From positions 6,128 through 70,127 of the forward strand of contig BQXR01000010.1 of NCBI GenBank assembly GCA_033238645.1: a stretch of 64,000 bases of DNA, read 5' to 3'. Positions 10,083 to 20,452 of this stretch are shown here, piece by piece. The translations under genes were made by a program, and so were the position numbers. Origin of the DNA: Thiomicrorhabdus sp. GTDB taxonomy: Bacteria; Pseudomonadota; Gammaproteobacteria; Thiomicrospirales; Thiomicrospiraceae. The notes under the pieces were generated by a model, which saw only the letters and a program-made list of their open reading frames with translations, did no database searches and was not told the DNA's origin. The first letter of the stretch is position 1; each line of letters begins with the position of its first letter.

Positions 10083-11870
10083 ATGACTAGTGAACACAAA
10101 AATAAAGATCAAGCCAAAAGCCCTACTATAGACAAGCCAAAAGAGTCTATTCATACCGAGGGTAATCCGCCATCTAATCAGCAATTTTCGGAGCCATTAC
10201 AGAAGCTTAAAGATTCAATGAGTTTTGATCGTGATGTACAACCTATCACTGAAATTATGCCAGTACCTGAGGAACCATCAATTGCAAGCCCTCAGATGCC
10301 CGATGAAGATGCTCCTGAAAAAGTGGATAGTAAAATAATTAAGCTATTTTCAGCTATTAAACAATCATGCTCTTTAGAGCTTCCCGTTATCATTCAAGAG
10401 CCAGTGGAAGCACCTATCGGACCAGCTTCTCACAAGATAAGCCAGACATCTCAAGATACTGAAGAGGATAAAGCAGCTAAAAATACAGCTTCCGTTGAGG
10501 AGCCACAACCAGTAGAAGCTAAGCAAGCACCCGAAAAAACTCGCAAAGAACTGATTGAAGAGAGAGATATTGAATTTATGTCTAGCCTAAGTCAGGCTGC
10601 ACTTGAAAAACCAACTGCACGTTCTCAGTGGGTTGTTTGGATCATTTTGTTAATTATCATTTGGCTAATAACATGGGCTAATTATGCTGAGTTAGACAAA
10701 ATCATTCGTGGTGAAGGTAAGGTAGTTCCTTCTACAAAAATCCAAGTAATACAGAACCTTGAGGGGGGTATTGTAGAAGAGATATTTATCCACGCTGGGG
10801 ATAGTGTTAAAAAAGGTCAGACTATAATCAAGTTAGACAATACACAGTTCTCAAGTTCATTTGATGAAAGTGAAATTAAAGAAGCACAGTTAAATGCTCA
10901 GGTACAGCGCCTAAAAGCAGAGGCATTTAAACAACCCTTCAAAGTAAAAAAAGCTTCTCCGGATAAGAGGGTACAAGCACTTTATGATAGAGAATATGCA
11001 CTATATCAAGCTAGAAGAAAACAACACAAAACAAATGATAAAATCATTGTTGAACAAATTGAACAGAAAAAACTTGAACTTAATGATGCCACTAGCCAGA
11101 CCCAGCAACTTTCTCGCTCTCTTGAGTTACTAAGAGAAGAAGTCAACTTAATGCAACCACTAGTTAGACAAGGTATTGCATCTCAGGTAGATTTATTAAA
11201 GCTTAAACGTGAAGAAAATGACGCTTATTCGAAACTAAAATCAGTACAGTACTCGATTCCAAAAATTAAGTCTGTCATTACAGAGTATCGTGCTAAGCGA
11301 ATCGAATTTAAAGAAGTCTTTCAAAATGAAGCTCATGAAGAACTCAATCAAGTACTTGCCGAGATTAGCCAGTTAGAAAAGACTAAAATGGCACTTGCTG
11401 ATAGAGTTAAACGTACAGATATAAAATCACCCGTTAATGGTATAGTTAAACAGATATTTGTTAGCACCATTGGTGGTGTTGTCCAACCTGGTAGTGATAT
11501 TGTGGAGATTGTTCCAGATGATGATACCCTTGTATTGGAAACTAAGATATTACCTGCCGACATTGGATTTATCTATAAAGGCCTTACTGCAAAAGTTAAG
11601 TTCACAGCCTATGATTTTGCCATTTATGGTGGTTTAGATGGTACGGTTACTCAGTTGTCAGCGGATACTATCACTGATGAGGAAGGCAATAGTTTCTATA
11701 TTGCTAGAATAAAAACGGAAAGAAACCACTTAGGATCTCCAAGGGCTCCTTTGTACCTACTTCCGGGAATGACTGCAAGCGTTGATGTTATCGTTGGCAA
11801 GCACACGCTCCTTAATTATCTGCTCAAGCCGATTATTAAAGCAAGAGATTTGGCTCTAAGAGAATCTTAG
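10083..11870 (+). CDS. lapC: HlyD-family T1SS membrane fusion protein with long N-terminal extension (LapC type)
   Basis: GEGKVVPS...IQNLEGG and SPVNGIV...GGVVQPG HlyD motifs; about 155 extra N-terminal residues. Confidence 0.9.
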   Translation: MTSEHKNKDQAKSPTIDKPKESIHTEGNPPSNQQFSEPLQKLKDSMSFDRDVQPITEIMPVPEEPSIASPQMPDEDAPEKVDSKIIKLFSAIKQSCSLELPVIIQEPVEAPIGPASHKISQTSQDTEEDKAAKNTASVEEPQPVEAKQAPEKTRKELIEERDIEFMSSLSQAALEKPTARSQWVVWIILLIIIWLITWANYAELDKIIRGEGKVVPSTKIQVIQNLEGGIVEEIFIHAGDSVKKGQTIIKLDNTQFSSSFDESEIKEAQLNAQVQRLKAEAFKQPFKVKKASPDKRVQALYDREYALYQARRKQHKTNDKIIVEQIEQKKLELNDATSQTQQLSRSLELLREEVNLMQPLVRQGIASQVDLLKLKREENDAYSKLKSVQYSIPKIKSVITEYRAKRIEFKEVFQNEAHEELNQVLAEISQLEKTKMALADRVKRTDIKSPVNGIVKQIFVSTIGGVVQPGSDIVEIVPDDDTLVLETKILPADIGFIYKGLTAKVKFTAYDFAIYGGLDGTVTQLSADTITDEEGNSFYIARIKTERNHLGSPRAPLYLLPGMTASVDVIVGKHTLLNYLLKPIIKARDLALRES

Positions 11871-11995
11871 AGGAACTTTATACGTAATTTTATACAGGAT
11901 TTTGTATAATGACCGATACAATCAAATATGCGGTAAATTTAGGCTCAAAAGTAACTATAAAGCTAGGCTATTATATTGATGGGACGGATCAATAA

Positions 11996-12589
11996 ATGAA
12001 ACGTCCATTGATTTTTGTACAAGACCCTAATGCTTTAAAAAACTGGTTACTAGCCTGTGGCTCTGACTCTAAGATTCTTTATGACTTAGAAAATATTAAA
12101 GAACGATTTGATCCTTCAGAGGTAATTTTATTAGTTCAACTTTCTGAAAGGGTCTCTGAAAACAAAATTGCTGCCCTATCTGAACAGCAATTTGACATTT
12201 TACTCTTTAGTAATGAACCTTCGAATACCGAAGGATTAAATCTTTTCAAGACAGGCATAAAAGGCTACTTGAATACGTTTGCTACATCAGAGCGAATAAA
12301 ACAAGCTCTAATAACCGTAGATGCTGGCAGCATCTGGCTAGGTCAAACAATCATGAATGCAATGATTGGTGATTTAAGCAAACAAAAAAGCCCAAATAGT
12401 GACTGGGAAAAAGTACTCACTGATAGAGAACTACAAGTGGTCAACTTAGTACTTGAGTCCAAGAGCAATCGAGAGATTGCGCAAGAACTTGATATTACTG
12501 AACGTACTGTCAAATCGCATATGCACAATGTATTTGAAAAGCTGGAAGTTTCGGACCGTTTGGCATTAGCTTTAAAGATTAAAAACTGA
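11996..12589 (+). CDS. LuxR-family transcriptional regulator (degenerate receiver + HTH)
   Basis: C-terminal LTDRELQVV...SNREIAQELDITERTVKSH HTH. Confidence 0.88.
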   Translation: MKRPLIFVQDPNALKNWLLACGSDSKILYDLENIKERFDPSEVILLVQLSERVSENKIAALSEQQFDILLFSNEPSNTEGLNLFKTGIKGYLNTFATSERIKQALITVDAGSIWLGQTIMNAMIGDLSKQKSPNSDWEKVLTDRELQVVNLVLESKSNREIAQELDITERTVKSHMHNVFEKLEVSDRLALALKIKN

Positions 12590-12596
12590 GAAAACT

Positions 12597-13928
12597 ATGA
12601 AAATCCATCCAAAACATTCACTATATACTAGACTGATTAGCGGTCTCTTCGTTATGTTCAGTATTACCACCACCCAGGCAATGAATCTATCGTCAACTGT
12701 AGAAGATGCCATTATGCATAACCCTGAATTTAGAGAACAAATAAAGCTTTATCAGGGAATTGAATCTGATCTCAAAGGTGCTGAGGGAAGCTGGTATCCT
12801 AAAATCGATCTGACGACAGGCATGGGAATAGAAAACATTGATAGAGCTGGTACCAGTAAAACTAGCTTAACTCGGACTGAAGCAAGTGCTCGCCTTACAC
12901 AAAATTTATTTGAAGGTTATGGTACAGTCAATGAAATTTCTCGCCAAGAGGCAAGATTAGACTCTTCTGCACACTCTGCACAAGCTAAGGCTAATCAGAT
13001 TGCTTTAGATATGGTTACCGCTTATCTAAATCTGCTTAAAGAGCAAGAGCTTAAGCAATTGGCTATAGAAAGTAAGTCAACCCATGAGCGTATCCTTGAT
13101 CAAATTACGCAACGATCCCAAGCGGGTATTGGTAACCAAGTTGAAGTTGATCAGGCCAAGGGTAGACTTGCTCTATCAAACTCCAACCTAATGGCTGCAT
13201 ACAATAACTATAATGATGCATTAGCGCGCTTCCAACGCGTATTAGGTCGTATGCCTGATCACAGCCTTGTTAAACCAAACCTTGAAATTATTTTTCCAGA
13301 AACGATGGATGAAGCGATTAATATTGCTTTAATTTCACATCCAACGTTGCGTTCTGCAAATGCAGATATTGCACAGTCTCGTGCACAACACAAAGCAGCA
13401 AGTGGCTCTTTTTACCCTAGAGTTGATTTCGAGCTAGAGCAATCCTTTGATAACAATACCAATGGAATAGAAGGTAAAAACAACAACCTTCAAGCTATGT
13501 TTAGAATGCGATACAACCTATACAATGGTGGTAAAGACACCGCTAATCGTAATCGTACAGCAACAGGTGTACAGCAGGCAGCAGAGATAAGAAACAATTC
13601 ACGTCGTCAGATTATTGAAAACCTAAGCTATGCTTGGGCAGCAAAAACCTATATTGCAGAACAGCTTGAATATATTCATCAACACATTCAATTAACGCAT
13701 GAGACACTTATTGGTTATCGTAAGCAATTTACTCTTGGTCGACGCTCACTTCTTGACCTATTGAATACAGAAGATGAATACATTAGTGCCTTGATTTCAC
13801 TTGTGGAAAGTGAAGCTGACTATACCATTGCAGAGTACAGAATACTAAATGCAATGGGGAAGTTAAATGATGCACTTGGTGTCAATATTAAATATGCAAC
13901 CGTTAAGAATGACTATTCAAATGAGTAA
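12597..13928 (+). CDS. lapE: TolC-family outer membrane protein (LapE type)
   Basis: Signal peptide, outer-membrane efflux repeats and QFTLGRRSLLDLLNTE motif. Confidence 0.9.
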   Translation: MKIHPKHSLYTRLISGLFVMFSITTTQAMNLSSTVEDAIMHNPEFREQIKLYQGIESDLKGAEGSWYPKIDLTTGMGIENIDRAGTSKTSLTRTEASARLTQNLFEGYGTVNEISRQEARLDSSAHSAQAKANQIALDMVTAYLNLLKEQELKQLAIESKSTHERILDQITQRSQAGIGNQVEVDQAKGRLALSNSNLMAAYNNYNDALARFQRVLGRMPDHSLVKPNLEIIFPETMDEAINIALISHPTLRSANADIAQSRAQHKAASGSFYPRVDFELEQSFDNNTNGIEGKNNNLQAMFRMRYNLYNGGKDTANRNRTATGVQQAAEIRNNSRRQIIENLSYAWAAKTYIAEQLEYIHQHIQLTHETLIGYRKQFTLGRRSLLDLLNTEDEYISALISLVESEADYTIAEYRILNAMGKLNDALGVNIKYATVKNDYSNE

Positions 13929-13962
13929 GTTCGCTTAGCTAGAGTTTGTTATTAAAGGTTTT

Positions 13963-14649
13963 TTATACTTGAACACTCATCGCTAAAAAGATCTGCCATG
14001 CTCCCATAGCAACGACGCTTAAGCCTGCTATTTTTTTAACGATTACATTACGTGATAGCTTTGTAAAATAGAATGCAAACACACCAATAAATATAAGATT
14101 TGGTAAGGTACCTAATCCAAATGCTAGCATAACCAAAGCACCATTAACCGCACTACCAGCACTCATTGCCATAATAAGCATGCTATAGACTAATCCACAT
14201 GGCAACCACCCCCACAACAAGCCATAAAACCAAGCATGGCGGAGTGTTTTGACGGGAGTAATACTTTTGGTATAAGGGGATAGTTTTCCCCAAACTTTTT
14301 GACCGATTCTCTCTATTGCTACAATCCCAAACCACCAGCCTCCAAGATAGAGCCCAAGTGCAATCATGAAAACACCCGCAATCATCTGTAGAATTTGCTG
14401 CGCAGGCAGGAACACAGCAAGAGATCCAATCAGAGCACCAAGAGAACCAAAAATAGCACCTACAATGGCATAACTAGAGATTCTTCCTAAATTGTAGGCC
14501 AATTGATAAGGCAGCATACGCCACCAACTTGACTGAACCCGCGGCTCCAAACTAAAAGTCAACGCCCCTACTACACCGCCACACATTCCCAAACAATGAA
14601 CACCCCCAAGAAAACCAACCATGAGTGCTGTAATCAATATTGAATCCAT
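13963..14649 (-). CDS. DsbD_2 / TauE-SafE-like membrane protein
   Basis: HCLGMCGG and GWLPCGLVY motifs; multiple TM segments. Confidence 0.8.
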   Translation of the reverse strand: MDSILITALMVGFLGGVHCLGMCGGVVGALTFSLEPRVQSSWWRMLPYQLAYNLGRISSYAIVGAIFGSLGALIGSLAVFLPAQQILQMIAGVFMIALGLYLGGWWFGIVAIERIGQKVWGKLSPYTKSITPVKTLRHAWFYGLLWGWLPCGLVYSMLIMAMSAGSAVNGALVMLAFGLGTLPNLIFIGVFAFYFTKLSRNVIVKKIAGLSVVAMGAWQIFLAMSVQV

Positions 14650-14661
14650 TCCAAACCTTTA

Positions 14662-16188
14662 TTAAATTCTATCCAAAGAACGATAACCCAATGCTTCAGC
14701 AATATGCTGACTATTTACCCCTTCTAGACCTTCCATATCTGCCAATGTACGACTAATTCGTAGAATACGATGATATGCACGGGCAGATAAGCCAAGCTTA
14801 CTGACAGCCTGTTCTAGAAGTTTAGTGCAAGGCTCATCTAACGCGACTACCAAAGCAAGTTGCTTCGTTGTCAGCTCTCCATTTAAACAACCTTGACGAT
14901 CATATTGACGAACACGGCTTGAAACGACTCTCTTCTGTACCACATGGCTGCTCTCGCCACTGCTTGCATCTGACTGTAAGTCAGATATTTCGACAGCAGG
15001 CACCTCGATATGTAGATCTATACGGTCTAACAGAGGCCCTGATATCTTTTTTTGGTAGCGATGGATTTGATCAGGCGTATCTCGACATCGACCTAGAATA
15101 TCATCAGAAAAATATCCTGAAGGAGAGGGGTTCATTGCTGTCACCAATAGACAGTTAGCAGGATATTTGACCTGCTGATTCACTCTAGAAATTTCTACAT
15201 GCTTGGTTTCTAAGGGCTCCCTTAAGGCCTCCAATACCCCCCTGCCGAATTCCGGTAACTCATCAAGAAATAGCACTCCATTATGCGATAAAGAGACAGC
15301 CCCAGGTTTTGGATAAGTACCCCCTCCTACAATTGCCGCTGCAGAAGCCGTATGATGGGGAGAGATAAATGGACGATGGTAAAAACTTGCGCCTTCAATC
15401 TCTTTACCGCTAACAGATCTAATGGTCGCAGACTCTATCGCCTCCTGCTGACTTAAGGACGGCAACAAAGTGACTAACCTTGAAGCAAGCATGCTTTTAC
15501 CTGAACCAGGCGGGCCAACCATTATTAATGAGTGATGTCCACTGGCACAAATCTCCAACACTCGCTTAGCCTGAAACTGACCAACGACATCCGATAAATC
15601 AATAGGATAACAACAGGCATCAAGCCCAATAGGTCTATTTTCGGGACATGATCCAATGGTCTGTTCACCCATTAGAACTCGACAAACCTCTTTAAGATCT
15701 CTTACCAAAATAAAATGCGGTGATACCTGACTATCCAACAGGGATAACATAGCTTCATCTATATTCTCTTGCGGGAGAAGGCAGATATGCCCAGACTCTC
15801 TAGCAGCCAATAAACTAGGTAAAACACCTTTGATGGGTCTAATTCTGCCATTTAAAGCTAACTCACCCAGTAGTTCGAAACCTGAAATATCAACGGCTTC
15901 AAGCTGTCCAGTTGCAATTAGGATACCAATAGCTATTGAAAGGTCATAGCGCCCCCCTGACTTCGGTAGATCAGCAGGCGCTAAATTAACCGTAATTCTT
16001 TTCGGGGGAATGGTAAAACCAGAACTAAGAATGGCACTTCTAACCCTATCCTTACTCTCCTTAACAGACGTCTCAGGCAGCCCTACAATAGATAGCGAAG
16101 GTAGCCCATTACTTGCATGAACTTCCACCGAGACAATTGGTGACTCAATACCATTTAATGCACGACTTGTAACAGCAGCTAGATTCAT
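14662..16188 (-). CDS. comM: YifB/ComM Mg-chelatase-like AAA+ ATPase
   Basis: VNLAPADLPKSGGRYDL, GPPGSGKS and FLDELPEF motifs. Start moved to ATG 16188, which follows a GAGGAG RBS. Confidence 0.93.
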   Translation of the reverse strand: MNLAAVTSRALNGIESPIVSVEVHASNGLPSLSIVGLPETSVKESKDRVRSAILSSGFTIPPKRITVNLAPADLPKSGGRYDLSIAIGILIATGQLEAVDISGFELLGELALNGRIRPIKGVLPSLLAARESGHICLLPQENIDEAMLSLLDSQVSPHFILVRDLKEVCRVLMGEQTIGSCPENRPIGLDACCYPIDLSDVVGQFQAKRVLEICASGHHSLIMVGPPGSGKSMLASRLVTLLPSLSQQEAIESATIRSVSGKEIEGASFYHRPFISPHHTASAAAIVGGGTYPKPGAVSLSHNGVLFLDELPEFGRGVLEALREPLETKHVEISRVNQQVKYPANCLLVTAMNPSPSGYFSDDILGRCRDTPDQIHRYQKKISGPLLDRIDLHIEVPAVEISDLQSDASSGESSHVVQKRVVSSRVRQYDRQGCLNGELTTKQLALVVALDEPCTKLLEQAVSKLGLSARAYHRILRISRTLADMEGLEGVNSQHIAEALGYRSLDRI

Positions 16189-16224
16189 AGGTCTCCTCAA
16201 AGCATGCCATAGCAATAAAATTGA

Positions 16225-16479
16225 TTATTTTGAACTGCCGTCTCTAGACTCAAGTTCTGCAACAACCTTTTCTAAATCTTCTAACTTAGTACGTGTTTTA
16301 GCCAAGACCCCTGCTTGTATATCAAACTCTTGACGGCTTACTAAGTCCATCTTCTCGAAAGAACGCGAGAGAATTGCCTTAATCTGATCCTGCAAACCTA
16401 ATGGCATCTTGCCGATTCCCTGCGGGATATTATCTGCCAACTTTTTAGCAACCTCTTCCAACTGATTTACATTAAGCAT
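16225..16479 (-). CDS. ubiK: Ubiquinone biosynthesis accessory factor UbiK (YqiC)
   Basis: MDLVSRQEFDIQAGVLAKTRTKLEDLE motif; usual position next to comM. Confidence 0.88.
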   Translation of the reverse strand: MLNVNQLEEVAKKLADNIPQGIGKMPLGLQDQIKAILSRSFEKMDLVSRQEFDIQAGVLAKTRTKLEDLEKVVAELESRDGSSK

Positions 16480-16675
16480 TACGACTCCAAAATGATATTA
16501 AATAACAGCACAAACTATACCTTTTTATAGGCTTTTATTCCAGACATAGTAACAACCTAGCCACTAAGAACATTGATTCTCATTAATATAATAAAGGCTG
16601 ATATTTACAGTAAGCCACAATTTCATTCATGCTAAAATTAACTTACAAAATATTCGTAAGTAAGGGCTTCTCTTC

Positions 16676-17734
16676 ATGATCAAAACAAAAGATTCACCGC
16701 AAAAAGCACTTCAGATTTTCCAAATGCTTGCGGAAACATTTAAAGAGCACGATATTAGCCCCACTCCACTAAATTACTACGTTTTGTACGAATACCTTAA
16801 GGGAAACATTCCCCAACTACGTCAAGAACTTGATGCTGCCCTAAATAATCCATTTGGTTACAACGATCGCTTAGGAAAGCGACTATATGATACTTATTTA
16901 GTTGATGGTGACTCATCAAACTCTGAATTTGATCGAGCTTTTAAACGCTTAATTGATGTCATGGTTAAGAAGATGAATTTATGGAGTGATCGACTAGAAA
17001 CTCACACAGAAGAGCTTGATAAGTGCACTGAACAACTATCTGATCCTGATCTAAATAGTGATGAAATAAAGCGTATAACAAACTCTGTCATTAACACCGC
17101 CTCGTCAATGAAAGCAAGTTCTCAGGCCTTTCAAGAGGAGATGCTAAACAGTACTGATGCGATACATGAACTAAAACGCCAACTCATTGAGGCGCGCACT
17201 GAGGCGATGACAGATGAACTAACTGAGATAGGTAATAGAAAAGCTTTTAACCTCGCGCTTTCTGAACTAATGTTGGACGCTGAAGATAATCCAGGCAGCC
17301 TATGTTTAATGCTCAGTGATATTGATCACTTTAAGCTCTTCAATGACACATATGGACACCTAGTTGGCGATAGTGTATTGCGCTACTATGCAAGTATCAT
17401 GAAAAAAAGTAAAAAAGACAATGAAACTATATGCCGCTATGGCGGTGAAGAGTTTGCTGTTATATTTGCAGACTCGAGCCTTGACGAGGCAACAGTACGC
17501 TCTGAAGAGATTCGTCATGCTATCGAGACGGCACAACTTAAACGCAAAAACTCATCTGAACCACTGAGAACAATTACAGCTTCTTTTGGTATAGCGACTT
17601 TCAAAGGTAGCTCAGAGACTGAAAAAGAGTTGATTGAACGAGCAGATAAAGCACTCTATCTTGCTAAGAATCAGGGACGAAACCAGGTCGTTAATGAAAA
17701 TGAACTCGCAGAGAGCCTTAAAAAGGCTAAATAA
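16676..17734 (+). CDS. Diguanylate cyclase (GGEEF)
   Basis: DIDHFK...GH..GD and RYGGEEF motifs after a helical N-terminal region. Confidence 0.9.
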   Translation: MIKTKDSPQKALQIFQMLAETFKEHDISPTPLNYYVLYEYLKGNIPQLRQELDAALNNPFGYNDRLGKRLYDTYLVDGDSSNSEFDRAFKRLIDVMVKKMNLWSDRLETHTEELDKCTEQLSDPDLNSDEIKRITNSVINTASSMKASSQAFQEEMLNSTDAIHELKRQLIEARTEAMTDELTEIGNRKAFNLALSELMLDAEDNPGSLCLMLSDIDHFKLFNDTYGHLVGDSVLRYYASIMKKSKKDNETICRYGGEEFAVIFADSSLDEATVRSEEIRHAIETAQLKRKNSSEPLRTITASFGIATFKGSSETEKELIERADKALYLAKNQGRNQVVNENELAESLKKAK

Positions 17735-17747
17735 CTCTAATCTAAGA

Positions 17748-18443
17748 TTATTTATTACTATTATTTACTTGATCTGAGGATTTAACAGAAGCTTTTATCA
17801 ACAAGGTATCAACACCAAAACGGCGCAATTCATTTCTACGTTTATTCATCTGCAAACGATCCGTATATGGACCTGCCCGTAGACGGTAGTAGGTTCTACT
17901 ACCTTTATGTAACACTGACAGCTCCAATACCTGTCCTCGTCTAGCTAAACGCTTTAACTCTTGCTTAGCCACTGATTCTGAGCCAAATGAACCCGCCTGA
18001 ATATAGTAAGGGTGCTTCATTTGAACAGAAATTGGCTCGGCTTCAACCACAACCTCAGTTTGACTTAAACCTTGATAAAAAGAGAAGTTTTGCTTTAATT
18101 CAATAGGTGTTTTCTGTACTTGAGAGGTAGGTATAACGACCTCATTCACCAACTCAACTCTAGGCTGGAGCTGTTCTGAAATTTTCTCTATAGACTCTAT
18201 TGCAACCTGCTTGAGCTCAACAGTAGACTGAAAAACATCCGCATCGACAAGTTTAGATGGCGCAACGCTGTTAAAAGAGAAGTTCTGAAAGGTAAATAAC
18301 CCTACCAATAAGAGCGCTGAAAGAAAAAAACCAACACTCCAAACTAGAGAAACTGAGCGCTTCTCTTCCTCCGCCCCCCCCTGCTGAGATTTACGTTGAA
18401 AACCTTGCTTAGAAGCATGCCCATGACGGTAATCACGAGCCAT
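17748..18443 (-). CDS. SPOR-domain cell division protein (FtsN-like)
   Basis: MARDY start, one TM segment and C-terminal SPOR domain (YIQAGSF...YRLRAGPY); directly downstream of argS. Confidence 0.8.
   Translation of the reverse strand: MARDYRHGHASKQGFQRKSQQGGAEEEKRSVSLVWSVGFFLSALLLVGLFTFQNFSFNSVAPSKLVDADVFQSTVELKQVAIESIEKISEQLQPRVELVNEVVIPTSQVQKTPIELKQNFSFYQGLSQTEVVVEAEPISVQMKHPYYIQAGSFGSESVAKQELKRLARRGQVLELSVLHKGSRTYYRLRAGPYTDRLQMNKRRNELRRFGVDTLLIKASVKSSDQVNNSNK
18374..18390 (+). repeat. Polar motif copy (antisense in the SPOR gene)
   Basis: C8-TGCTGAGAT. Confidence 0.6.
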
Positions 18444-20207
18444 CTACATCTGCTCAGGGGCTGAAACACCAATAATTGCTAGTCCATTCTTTATTACTTG
18501 CTGTACAGCACAGATTAGCGTTAAACGAGCCTGACGAGTTGCATCATCCTCTACAATAAACTGGCTAGCATTGTAGTAAGAGTGTAAAGCATGCGCTAAA
18601 TTTTTCAGGTAGTAAGCAATTTGGTGAGGCTCATAGACTAACGCAGCACGTGCAACAATATCAGGATATTTTGCCAGCTCTGTCGCAATATGCGTCTCTT
18701 GATCACTTCCTAAACCATTTAAAGCCTCTAAGCCTGTATCAAGATCAAGTATATAACCCTTCTCTTCAGCCTGGGCTAAAACACGGCAAATTCGAGCATG
18801 TGCATACTGAATATAGTAAACAGGATTCTCATTTGATTTTGATACAGCAAGGTCTAAATCAAAATCCATGTGCTGTTCTGATTTACGTTGAACATAGAAG
18901 AAACGAGCCGCATCACAACCCACTTCTTCACGCAATTCACGCAAAGTAACAAATTGCCCACTACGAGTCGACATCGCTAGCTTTTCGCCACCTCGATACA
19001 AAATCGCAAACTGTACCAATATCACTTCTAAAGCCTCAGGATTAGTTCCCATCGCTGTCATAGCGGCTTTAACTCTCGGCACATAACCGTGGTGGTCAGA
19101 TCCCCAAATATCAATTAAGAGATCAAAACCACGCTCTAATTTATTGAAATGGTAAGCAATATCTGATGCAAAATACGTCTTTAAACCATTATCACGCACC
19201 ACTACACGATCTTTTTCATCACCATAATCAGTAGAGCGGAACCATAGAGCTCCGCCCTTCTCATAGATTTTATCTGCTGCTTGTAACTTTTCAATTGAAG
19301 CATCGATCACACCAGTATCCATCAATGCACGCTCAGAGAACCACTCTTCAAAAGTCACACCAAAACCTGCTAGATCCTGCTTAATATCAGCCAAAATAGA
19401 GTTTACTGCAGCGCTAAATACGGCTTCATAATGGGTAGCTCCCAGTAAATTTTTGGCCTTTACGATAAGGTCATCAATATGTTTCTCTTTATCCCCCCCC
19501 TCTTGACCTTCATCTGCACAAACACCCGCAAATACTTCAAGGGTAGTTCGCTTCAATGTCGAACCAAACTCAGCTTTCAGCGTTTCACTAATCTCATAGA
19601 TATAATCACCTTTATAGCCATTGCTTGGAAAAGTCACCTCTTCATCACACAGAGACAGATAACGCAACCAAACAGACGTTGCTAAAATATCCATCTGACG
19701 ACCTGCATCATTCACATAATATTCACGTGAAACCTTAAAACCAGCCACAGCCAATAAATTTGCAACACTCGCACCATAAGCCGCACCACGACCATGACCC
19801 ACATGCAGGGGCCCTGTTGGATTAGCTGAGACAAACTCAACCAATACCGACTTACCTTGACCAACATTACAGCAACCAAAATCAGATTTTTGCTTTAAGA
19901 CCGCTTCAACAATGGCAAACTTGGCTGAATCATTGACAAAGAAATTAATAAAACCAGGCCCAGCAATCTCAACTTTTTCAATGACCGCTTCTTCAGAAAC
20001 TAACTCAACGATCTTCTCAGCCAATATTCTTGGCGGCATGCCTGCAGCCTTAGTTAACATCATCGCCAAATTAGTCGCAAAATCACCATGCGATTTATCA
20101 CGTGTATTTTCAACATTGATGCGAGGACTTAAGTCTTCAGGAATAACCCCTTGAACTTTTAATTGTTGAATAACATCGGTCAAAATTTGTGCAATTTGCT
20201 GCTTCAT
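18444..20207 (-). CDS. argS: Arginine--tRNA ligase
   Basis: SANPTGPLHVGH (HIGH) and MSTRSG motifs. Confidence 0.97.
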   Translation of the reverse strand: MKQQIAQILTDVIQQLKVQGVIPEDLSPRINVENTRDKSHGDFATNLAMMLTKAAGMPPRILAEKIVELVSEEAVIEKVEIAGPGFINFFVNDSAKFAIVEAVLKQKSDFGCCNVGQGKSVLVEFVSANPTGPLHVGHGRGAAYGASVANLLAVAGFKVSREYYVNDAGRQMDILATSVWLRYLSLCDEEVTFPSNGYKGDYIYEISETLKAEFGSTLKRTTLEVFAGVCADEGQEGGDKEKHIDDLIVKAKNLLGATHYEAVFSAAVNSILADIKQDLAGFGVTFEEWFSERALMDTGVIDASIEKLQAADKIYEKGGALWFRSTDYGDEKDRVVVRDNGLKTYFASDIAYHFNKLERGFDLLIDIWGSDHHGYVPRVKAAMTAMGTNPEALEVILVQFAILYRGGEKLAMSTRSGQFVTLRELREEVGCDAARFFYVQRKSEQHMDFDLDLAVSKSNENPVYYIQYAHARICRVLAQAEEKGYILDLDTGLEALNGLGSDQETHIATELAKYPDIVARAALVYEPHQIAYYLKNLAHALHSYYNASQFIVEDDATRQARLTLICAVQQVIKNGLAIIGVSAPEQM

Positions 20208-20388
20208 GAGAAGGTCTCTTTACTTGAGAAAGGTTAGAAATGACACTTAGAGATAAAAATCAATCCAAAAAGCGACATATACAAAATATAGCCAGGTATT
20301 TTACTAAAAAATAGTGCTTCAAAAAATGATTTTTAATGAGAACAGGAGTGAACCTTTGAAATATTATCTAGATTCAAGATGGGCAATG

Positions 20389-20424
20389 AAAAAAGCCACC
20401 TAAAATCACTTTTAGATGGCTTTA
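20389..20424 (-). terminator. Probable intrinsic terminator downstream of topA
   Basis: Hairpin AAAGCCACCTAAAA-TCAC-TTTTAGATGGCTTT with A/T tracts, about 30 bp past the topA stop. Confidence 0.55.
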
Positions 20425-20452
20425 AAAAATAGTCAACTTGTATAGAACAATC

